From a virus: DNA of 37,207 bases. The notes beneath the pieces were generated by a model. That model was not told the origin of the DNA and made no database searches. It saw only the letters and a list, made by a program, of their open reading frames with translations. Position 1 is the first letter of the stretch. The number at the start of each line of letters is the position of its first letter. The translations under genes were made by a program, and so were the position numbers. The stretch is taken from positions 1-37,207 of IMG/VR virus record IMGVR_UViG_3300045988_138588; one strand, given 5' to 3'. Of the stretch, positions 26,774 through 34,199 are shown piece by piece.

Positions 26774-27267
26774 AAGGAGCTGATCGATGGCCAGATCTAC
26801 ATGATGGGGCACCTTCAAGGATCCATCAAAAACTGGTTTCTGAATTTACCCAAGCTATCGGACAGTATATAAAATCCCATAATGATTCCTGTGAGGTCTA
26901 TCCTGCCCCGTTTGCGGTTTCTATCACCAGAGATGATAAAAACTATGTTGAGCCGGATATCATCGTAATCTGTAATAAAAGCAAGCTTTCAGACCGTGGC
27001 TGTGAAGGTGCTCCGGATTTCATTATTGAAATTGTATCACCTGGCAGCCGCCGGATGGACTACAACAAAAAGACCGCTTTATATGCGGATGCTGGTGTCC
27101 GGGAATACTGGATTGTTGATCCAGATAAGAAAAGAACCACCATCTATCGTTACGAGGAAGACGCTGCTCCAATGATCGCACCGTTTGACCAGACACTTAC
27201 CATTGGAATTTACGGAGATCTCGAGATCAACATTGCAGAACTTCTGAAAGAGATTGGAATTGAATAA
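26774..27267 (+). pseudogene. Uma2-family (DUF820) endonuclease, 5'-truncated and frameshifted
   Basis: KELIDGQIYMMG is in one frame and APSRIHQKLVSEF...GAPDFIIEIVSPGSRRMDYNKK...YWIVDP in another. One nt is missing near 26807-26811. The N-terminal ~25 aa are absent next to the IS right end. Confidence 0.75.
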
Positions 27268-27425
27268 AAGAAAAACCGCCCCTGTGCCAACAGGAACGGC
27301 TTTCATGAAAACTATACAGATCCAGAGGATCAGGCATAATTTTCCCTCGACAAGAAGATTATACCACAATCCTTTGAATTTTGTACAGACGTTATTTTTG
27401 TACCCATTTTTCAAAGGAGGATTGT

Positions 27426-27515
27426 ATGAAACCACTTATAAAGCATAAAATCAATCTCCCCTCTCATACTCTGGAACAGATCCCGGCTTATGAAAGGGGT
27501 GTGCTGTATGGATGA
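27426..27515 (+). CDS. 29-aa upstream ORF overlapping the integrase start
   Basis: ATG behind AAAGGAGGATTGT; its stop overlaps the integrase ATG at 27508. Confidence 0.3.
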   Translation: MKPLIKHKINLPSHTLEQIPAYERGVLYG

Positions 27516-28140
27516 GAAAATGCGTTACGGTGCACTTTACATCCGTGTGAGCACTGACAAACAGGAAGAGCTCTCTCCCGATGCTCAGAAGCGTCTCCTG
27601 CTGGACTATGCCAACTCCCACAATATTTTCATTTCGCCGGATCTGATCTTCACGGAGAACGGTATTTCCGGTCGGAAGGCAGATAAGCGTCCGGAGTTTC
27701 AACGGATGATCGGCATGGCCAAAGCCGATGAGTCACCTTTCTCTGTGATCCTGGTCTGGAAGTTCAGCCGTTTTGCCAGAAATCAGGAAGAATCCATCGT
27801 GTACAAATCCATGCTGAAAAAACAGCACGGCGTTGATGTGGTCAGCATCACAGAGCCGCTGATCGATGGACCATTTGGAACCTTGATCGAGCGTATCATT
27901 GAGTGGATGGATGAGTATTACTCCATCAATCTTTCCACGGAAGTAATCCGTGGCATGACAGAAAAAGCCCTGCGGGGCGGCTATCAGTGTACGCCGCCGC
28001 TCGGGTATGAATCTTCCCGTTCTGGAGAAGCATTTACCGTAGTTCCGGAAGAGGCAGAGATCGTCAAATATATTTTCGACCAGTATGTTCGCTGTCACCG
28101 GGATGCCACGGCGATTGCCCGGAGTCTGAACCGGCGGAAG
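27508..28140 (+). pseudogene. Large serine recombinase (integrase), N-terminal fragment
   Basis: Resolvase catalytic domain YGALYIRVSTDKQ. Sense is lost after ..ARSLNRRK and the frame stops at 28165-28167 inside the IS. Confidence 0.85.
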
Positions 28141-28158
28141 CTACATAGTGAACTACTC

Positions 28159-28249
28159 GGTAACTAAGTTACCAGAGCATCTGAAATCTGGCGGGATACC
28201 GCCTTTTCTTCAGGGTGCGTCCATGACACCAATACTGCTTGCCTTTCGG
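28159..28249 (-). ncRNA. Predicted omega/right-end RNA region of TnpB-2
   Basis: Structured 3' flank of tnpB, placed by analogy only. Confidence 0.3.
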
Positions 28250-29506
28250 TTATACAGCTACTTTTATTATTTCTGGATTTTTTAATCCGGTTACGGACAG
28301 TTCCTTTTCCTTTCCGGATACGGAAAGATATTTCCGCAGGATATTAAATGCACCCACTGCATCTGCGTTAAATCTTACTCCGCCAGTTATATACATGCCC
28401 CGTTCTTTTCGATTGAATGCTTCTGCATATCTTTTTGATACTTCTGGTGATAATGGACTGCACTGGCTGGTATAGCTTTCTTCCTGTTTTATCAATGGAA
28501 TCCCATATAATTTCAGTTTATATTCCAGCATGATATACAGCCTGTTATACGGCAGTCCGTGAAGCTTCTGGTTGGTCTTGTGTCCCAGATCTTTTCCTTT
28601 ACGGATATTCCGGATGTCTCCCACAACCACACAGCGGATATCTTCCTTTCTGCAGTATTCCGCAATCCATCTGGTCACTTTGTGAAGGTAATCCTTCACT
28701 GCATTCTGCTTTTTCCTGTAAAGTCTCTGGATATGTTTCGATGATTTTGGATATTCTATTCCTCTTTCCGACTGCTGCGCATACCATACAGACTGCACTC
28801 TGGCGATCTCTTTATGAAAGTATCTTTCCAGAGAAAGATATTTTCTTCCCAGAATAAAAGTCCTGCCATTTCCGGAATCATAACAGGTCATCAGATTATG
28901 AAGTCCAGGATCAATAGATAAATAATGTCCATTCTGGGAGAGCTGCTCTGGTTCTTCCAGCCCATAGATAACGATAAGGTCACATGTTCCATTTTCCGGG
29001 GAATAGATCCGCAATTGTTTTATGTGATCCATGTCTTTGAAAATCTTATTTTCAAGATATAGGAATTTTTCATGGATCCCGTAAGTTTCTTCCATATAGC
29101 TTTTCAGATCCTTTGGCAGAGACAGCCGCAGCTGGTCTGAACCTTTCTCATGCCGGATCCCCATCTGCATGTATGTGACTGGTATGTTGTCCTGTTTAAA
29201 ACGGGGCGGATTTGGATTTTTGATCCCTCCGGTCTTTTTCAGGGCAAAAAAAGATCTCCACGCCTTATCCAGCTGCTTACAGGTCTCCTGTGCTGTCTGT
29301 GACGGAAGCTGTCTGTACCACAGATCTCCTTTATGTGCTTTTTTCTGATAATACCAGTCAGGATACTTTTCCAGTCCCAGTTCTTTATAATGATAACGTT
29401 CATAGTTGCAGACATTCCAGAGTTTGGAAGCTGCATAACACATATGCCCTATGATATTGGAATATTCCGGCCGGATCTTTACCGATGTTCTGTGTGACAG
29501 CAGCAT
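28250..29506 (-). CDS. tnpB: TnpB (RuvC-like nuclease), apparently intact
   Basis: RuvC-like motifs LSIDPGLHN, IMLEYKL and RFNADAVGAFNI. The start is most likely M44 of the track ORF (MLLSHRTSVKIRP). Confidence 0.8.
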   Translation of the reverse strand: MLLSHRTSVKIRPEYSNIIGHMCYAASKLWNVCNYERYHYKELGLEKYPDWYYQKKAHKGDLWYRQLPSQTAQETCKQLDKAWRSFFALKKTGGIKNPNPPRFKQDNIPVTYMQMGIRHEKGSDQLRLSLPKDLKSYMEETYGIHEKFLYLENKIFKDMDHIKQLRIYSPENGTCDLIVIYGLEEPEQLSQNGHYLSIDPGLHNLMTCYDSGNGRTFILGRKYLSLERYFHKEIARVQSVWYAQQSERGIEYPKSSKHIQRLYRKKQNAVKDYLHKVTRWIAEYCRKEDIRCVVVGDIRNIRKGKDLGHKTNQKLHGLPYNRLYIMLEYKLKLYGIPLIKQEESYTSQCSPLSPEVSKRYAEAFNRKERGMYITGGVRFNADAVGAFNILRKYLSVSGKEKELSVTGLKNPEIIKVAV

Positions 29507-29561
29507 TCCTCTTTCCCCCTTCAGACAGTCATGCGAACCAGTATCCACAGTCCGCTTTAAA

Positions 29562-29858
29562 TCAATACGACTTGCTCTGATGTTCCATATAACGGCGGAT
29601 ATTTTCCTCAGATACGGATCCAATTGTTTCCACATAATAGGAATGGTTCCACAGCTGGTTTCTTATTTCCAGGAAACGTTCGAACAGTTTTCTGCCGGTA
29701 ATACCCTTATCCTCAGAGATCTGCTGCACCAGTTCCGGCAGGTATTTCTCAATTTCTGGATCAAGTATCTTCCTCCGGTATTTCACTGACCATACCATAT
29801 AGTAGTTGATATTACACACGCAAGTCCTATAATGCACAAAATTTTCTTTTATATGCAT
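29562..29858 (-). pseudogene. tnpA: TnpA remnant with an internal deletion removing the HUH motif
   Basis: YYMVWSVKYRRKIL is followed directly by ..GRKLFERF..LWNHSYYVETIG..IRRYMEHQ. The ~35-aa block aligned to ..MEVMPDHIHMLV.. of TnpA-1 is missing. Confidence 0.7.
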
Positions 29859-30043
29859 ATATATAATATAACACAAGAGTCAAAAACACGCAACAATTAT
29901 CCAAACATATTTTCGATTACTTATATGTGGGTTACGGAATTAAGAGAAAACTATTAATATCAAGCATGAGGATTATTGTACTATTTGCACTGTGCAGATA
30001 TGCACACTCCTGCGCTTTCATCTCGGTAATTGAATTGCCGAGG

Positions 30044-30859
30044 ATTCCCGCTTATTATCCTAAAAGAGGGAATGCTTTTGAGAAAAGGAATATCACCTAC
30101 ATCCTTCAGAATCCCTTCTACACAGGAAAGATCATCTGGAACGATATTGAGCGGGACGGGATCCATGAGACCTTCATTTCCCACGAACTCTTCCAAGAAG
30201 CCAACATTCGGCTTCAGGCTGCCTATCAGCCAAAAAAGCGCCGGAATGTTTCTACCTGTGCCCACTGGCTCTCCGGACTGGTGAAATGCTCCACCTGTGG
30301 GGCTTCCCTGGGATTCAACAATGCCAAGGATCCTTTTTTCCAATGCTGGAAGTATGCCAAGGGCATGCATCCGGGAAGTTCCTGGATCACCCAAAGAGCC
30401 CTGGAAAATGCTGTTCTGGAATATTTTGAGCAGCTCCTGGCCGGGCAGGAATTTTCTTTTACATACCACTCTTCTGCCACCGCGGTCGAGGAAGATCCGA
30501 CGCTTATCTATAAAAAAGAATTGGAGAAGCTGAACAGCCGTGAAATCCGAATCAGGGAAGCCTACGAAAATGAAATCGATACACTGGAAGAATACAAAAC
30601 CCGTAAACAACAGCTCCAGGCTGAGAGAGAACGGCTGAATGATCTTATCCTTTCAGTAAAAAAGCCGCCGAAAAATGATGAGACAAAAGACCGGCTGGAA
30701 CTGATGAAAAAGATCCAGACCGTGTATGATGTGATAAAAAGTCCTGATATTGATTACGAAGTGAAAGGAACCTTCATCCGCTCCGTCGTGGAGGAAATCG
30801 TATGGAACCGAGCGGAAAACACTCTGTCCTTTCACCTCTACATGCCCGGAAACCCTTGA
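30044..30859 (+). pseudogene. Large serine recombinase (integrase), C-terminal fragment
   Basis: IPAYYPKRGNAFEKRNITYILQNPFYTGK recombinase domain, zinc ribbon CSTCGASL..FFQCWKY, and a coiled coil. Confidence 0.85.
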
Positions 30860-30881
30860 TTTTACTGGGGTTTCCGGCTTT

Positions 30882-30925
30882 CATAGGTTACTGCCATCCG
30901 GTCCACCGGATTGTAGTAACCTATG
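30882..30925. other. 44-bp nested palindrome, attP candidate
   Basis: CATAGGTTACT..ATCCGG-TCCA-CCGGAT..AGTAACCTATG, 23 nt after the integrase stop; no adjacent U-tract on either strand. Confidence 0.4.
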
Positions 30926-31058
30926 GCACTAGAAAATTCCGTTTTTCCTTGTATTTCCGCCATTTCTGGCGTTTTCAAACTTTTGATTGTGGTATTGCCC
31001 CGGAGTCTTCCCGGGATTCTTCTTGTTTATGGCTTATTTGCACAAAACTATCATTTTT

Positions 31059-32063
31059 TTATACCTTCGTTACCCGGTTTTTTCCCTGGTACTGCGCCAG
31101 GATCCAGCCCCGAGTGAGCTTCATGTAGACACCCCGGTTGCTGATCTGCTTCTCGCCCAGGCACTTGTCGACAGTGCCTTTCCGGATCAGCGCCTCGCCG
31201 GAGCCGACGCGCTTGAAGTAACGTCTCTTCGCCGTGGGGATAGTGTCGTACTGGACAAGTGGAGCAGATGCTTTCGGTTCCGTCCGCAGGGCGAGGTCTG
31301 TCTGCATGCGATAGCGGATACCTTTCTGGAAGATCGGCGGGGTGTAGATGAGCTTGCCGTTGGGCTCATAAACGTGGTAGTCGGACCGGCAGGCCTTCTT
31401 CGCATTGTCCAGATAGGTGTAGCTGCCGATCTGGGTATCTGTCCTGTCCCAGGCCTTCCGGACGTAATACGGTCCGCCGGAAGTCATAGCTGCTTTCACG
31501 GCTTTCCGGAAACCGTCCATGGTCAAACCGAAACGTCCCCAAACATGATCGGGATCAACGTGGGCGGAGGATAAGCCAGCCAGGCGCCCCTCGTTGTGGG
31601 AGGAAATCAGGTACATTCCGTTTCCAAGCTTCGCCAGCGGGTCCCAGCCACGTTCCTTACAGATCTTCGCGCACAACAGGACAGCGGTGTTGTAACCCCG
31701 CAAGATATCAGCTTTGAAGGCGGCTTCATTTTTGATGTCATAATTTGCTCCGCCAGTATAGGAAATATAGTCTGACTCACAGATCTCAATGCTGATCAGG
31801 TTATTATTCCCCCAGCCGGCATCCGCCCAGGAGCGGTACGTCTCCGGCAGAAGCTGCAGCACATTGCCGGGAACGTCTGCATCGCAGACGTAGTGAACGC
31901 AGGCCGGGATTGTATCCTGATTCCAGTAATCTGCTACGCTCTGTGCGGTCCCCTGGGCACATCCAATAGTATGAATCTGGATGCCGATTTTCGCACAGGT
32001 GACTCCCTTCTGATAGCAGCGGTTGTTTGTGAGGTAATTCTTTTTGATGTTTAATGCACTCAT
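31059..32063 (-). CDS. Endolysin: N-acetylmuramoyl-L-alanine amidase with a C-terminal SH3-like wall-binding domain
   Basis: Amidase_2-like N-terminal half (..IQIHTIG..VHYVCD..SWADAGWGNNNLISIEICE..), positioned after the holin gene. Confidence 0.8.
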   Translation of the reverse strand: MSALNIKKNYLTNNRCYQKGVTCAKIGIQIHTIGCAQGTAQSVADYWNQDTIPACVHYVCDADVPGNVLQLLPETYRSWADAGWGNNNLISIEICESDYISYTGGANYDIKNEAAFKADILRGYNTAVLLCAKICKERGWDPLAKLGNGMYLISSHNEGRLAGLSSAHVDPDHVWGRFGLTMDGFRKAVKAAMTSGGPYYVRKAWDRTDTQIGSYTYLDNAKKACRSDYHVYEPNGKLIYTPPIFQKGIRYRMQTDLALRTEPKASAPLVQYDTIPTAKRRYFKRVGSGEALIRKGTVDKCLGEKQISNRGVYMKLTRGWILAQYQGKNRVTKV

Positions 32064-32098
32064 TTTTGTCTCCTTTCATTGTACGAAAAAGAGGACGA

Positions 32099-32566
32099 TC
32101 ACTCGTCCCCTGTATCTTTGTTGTCAATATCCGCTTTTTCCTCTACCTGTGACTTCACATGCTCAACGATAGGCAGAAGGAAAGCCGGGATCGCTACTCC
32201 CATATCCTTGATATTTTCCAGAATGCTGATGATCTCATTGCAGATAATCCAGATTGCCACAATGCAAGCAACCAGGAACGTGAACGGCAGCGTGATGCCA
32301 GCGGTCTGGGATGCATATAAGAGCAGTTGATCAATCACAGCGCCCACGACTACCAGCAGCCACATGCACACCTTTTTCATGATTCCCCGAATACTCATAT
32401 ATGAATTGATATCCTGTGACCTGTATGTAGACGCCATCAGGCCTGTGATATAGTCCAGAACGTTGCAGGCCACCATTAAGAGGACAGGTACCGCCAACAC
32501 TCCGAGCACGGAGCTGATCAGCGCGAAAATTCCCGTAAAAAACGCTTTAATATAATTTTCTTTCAT
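32099..32566 (-). CDS. Holin (phage_holin_4 / TcdE-like)
   Basis: 155 aa with three to four transmembrane segments and a charged C-terminus, immediately upstream of the endolysin. Confidence 0.75.
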   Translation of the reverse strand: MKENYIKAFFTGIFALISSVLGVLAVPVLLMVACNVLDYITGLMASTYRSQDINSYMSIRGIMKKVCMWLLVVVGAVIDQLLLYASQTAGITLPFTFLVACIVAIWIICNEIISILENIKDMGVAIPAFLLPIVEHVKSQVEEKADIDNKDTGDE

Positions 32567-32614
32567 AGTTTATCCCTTTCTCCGGTCTTCGCCGGTAAAA
32601 TTTGTATCAAAATA

Positions 32615-32630
32615 AGAGCCTTTCGGCTCT
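32615..32630 (-). terminator. Hairpin AGAGCC-GAAA-GGCTCT followed by TATTTTG, upstream of the lysis cassette
   Basis: Read directly on the minus strand. Confidence 0.5.
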
Positions 32631-32657
32631 GCTCGGATTTTCATATACGGTCACTCC

Positions 32658-32879
32658 TTATTCAATCACTTCTGTCTCTTCCAGAAGCTCTCCTGAATCG
32701 GAAGGCTCCTCTTCCAGCACCTCAAACCAGCCCTCAACTTCTGCCAGGTCATTGTCCGTCAGTACGCTCTTTTCATAATATTTCAGTGCATACTGCATCA
32801 CCTTGTACTCATCCTTCCCGGCGTCTCTCATTGCCGTCAGGGTCTTCATCACAAATTTTTTCAGACTGAATTTTGTCAT
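32658..32879 (-). CDS. Hypothetical small protein (73 aa, XkdX-like position)
   Basis: ATG at 32879, 11 nt after GGAGG. The track's GTG at 32891 sits inside the RBS. Confidence 0.55.
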   Translation of the reverse strand: MTKFSLKKFVMKTLTAMRDAGKDEYKVMQYALKYYEKSVLTDNDLAEVEGWFEVLEEEPSDSGELLEETEVIE

Positions 32880-32900
32880 GCTCTTTTTCACCTCCTTTTC

Positions 32901-32999
32901 TTATTCTGCCTCACTCGCAGAAGCTACGATTGCTTGCGATAATTCTGCAAATTTATTGTCAATGTAGGTTTTCGGATCGGCTACATAAGTTACTTCCAT
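32901..32999 (-). CDS. 32-aa ORF MEVTYVADPKTYIDNKFAELSQAIVASASEAE (possible fibre C-terminus)
   Basis: Its ATG overlaps the stop of the Ala/Ser-rich frame (ATGGAAGTAA). The sequence resembles the tail-fibre TK.Y.DN..A.L motif. Confidence 0.4.
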   Translation of the reverse strand: MEVTYVADPKTYIDNKFAELSQAIVASASEAE

Positions 33000-33918
33000 A
33001 CCTGCCCCGGCGTCGTTGCTGATCGGCCCGCTGACGTTGCGGATTCAGTTGCTTTCCCAGCGGCGGTCGTAGCTGTCTGGGCCGCTACTGTTGCTGTTGA
33101 CGCACTCTCGGTGGCTGAGTTGGCTGCCTGCTGTGCGGCTGAGTCTGATTTGCTCGCGGCGTCTGCGGCAGTTTTGGCAGTCTCAGCGGACTGACTTGCA
33201 GATTTTGCGGAACCGGATGCGTTCGTGGCTGACTGTGCGGCGTTTGCGGCCAGCTGGGCGGCGGCGGTGGCGGATTCAGCCGCGGCCGTGGCGCTTTTTG
33301 CGCCCTGATTTGCTGCTGAACGGGCAGCGGTGGCGGACTCCCGGGCTTGGCTGGCGGACTCGGCGGCGGCCGTGGCTGACGTTGCGGCAGCTTCTTTTCT
33401 GACGCAACCGCACTTTTCGCGGATAACTCCGCCCGTTCCTCCAGGGCAGTGACCTGTTCGGCAATCTCCTTGACCTCTGACGCTGACTCACCCGCAGCCC
33501 TGGCGGAATCTCGTGCCTCCGCAGCATATCCGGACACCTTTTCGACTACTTCACCGAACGGATCTGGTTTTTCTTCTTCTCCGGATTTTCCGGCTTCCGG
33601 GTGGAGGATCACCGGCATACTGACGGCTTTCACAGTGTAGCCGTATTCGGCGGTATCTACATAGATATACGCGGTCACGTCGTAGGGGCTTTTTGTAGCT
33701 GCTCCCGGAATAGAAACCGTAAAAGTTCCGTCTTCATCCGGAACCACTACCACCGGCACCGCCTCTGAGGCGACCACCGGGGCAAAATCAACGCGGTTTA
33801 CATCTGCCGCGTTGATACCGATTACTTTCAGTTTCACACCCCTGTCGAACTGCCAGAGGCCCCGGACTGTGACCCGGTCTTTACCACTTGAAAAATCTGC
33901 GATCAGAACTTTTTCCAT
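32990..33918 (-). CDS. BppU-like / tail fibre protein with an Ala/Ser-rich coiled region; the frame is broken near 33394-33399
   Basis: Frame 0 is sensible to ..SAKSAVASEK. The -1 frame then reads EAAATSATAAAESASQARESATAA...SAETAKTAADAASKS.. down to 32990, while frame 0 gives an implausible Pro-rich tail to 33085. Confidence 0.6.
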
Positions 33919-33931
33919 TGTTTTTCACCTC

Positions 33932-34195
33932 TTATTTTTTCGGCATAGCAAACATCTCATCCTGAAGGGCATACGCTTTTTCCATGAACGCCGCGTAATC
34001 TTCCCTACATTCAGTCCGGTGATCCTTGTATAGTTCTTTTGACTCTGCGTTCGGGAAGAATCTATTCATGCTCATGTTCTCCGGATTCTCCGAATCCACT
34101 GTTGCTGTGTAATTCTCCAATACGATTTTCTTTTCCTCAATCTCTGCTACCGAGGTAGCTGTGATAGTTATTTTTTTTGCCGTCTCTGTTAACAT
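33932..34195 (-). CDS. Hypothetical protein (87 aa)
   Basis: ATG behind AAAGGGGA, in the tail module. Confidence 0.6.
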   Translation of the reverse strand: MLTETAKKITITATSVAEIEEKKIVLENYTATVDSENPENMSMNRFFPNAESKELYKDHRTECREDYAAFMEKAYALQDEMFAMPKK

Positions 34196-34199
34196 AGTT

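Larger units (their letters stand above)
28141..30043 (-). mobile_element. IS200/IS605-family element 2 inserted in the integrase gene; ends approximate
   Basis: tnpB and a deleted tnpA. 8-bp direct repeat CTCGGTAA at 28156-28163 and 30022-30029. Hairpins with the same TATC loop at 28190-28203 and 29991-30006. Terminal hairpin GGTAAC-TAA-GTTACC at 28159-28173. Confidence 0.75.

Noticed and set aside
29981-30610. 209-aa minus-strand ORF inside the integrase C-terminal fragment
   Set aside because: It is antisense to a reading frame with clear serine-recombinase zinc-ribbon and coiled-coil motifs.
32570-32644. 24-aa ORF with an AAGGAG RBS between the 73-aa gene and the holin
   Set aside because: It is very short and contains the AGAGCC/GGCTCT terminator hairpin, so a regulatory hairpin is the simpler reading. 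It cannot be excluded.
33085-33400. Pro-rich C-terminal tail (PRPPPSPPAKPGSPPPLP...) of the 277-aa track ORF
   Set aside because: It is an out-of-frame reading of GCN-rich Ala codons. The -1 frame gives a typical Ala/Ser fibre sequence.
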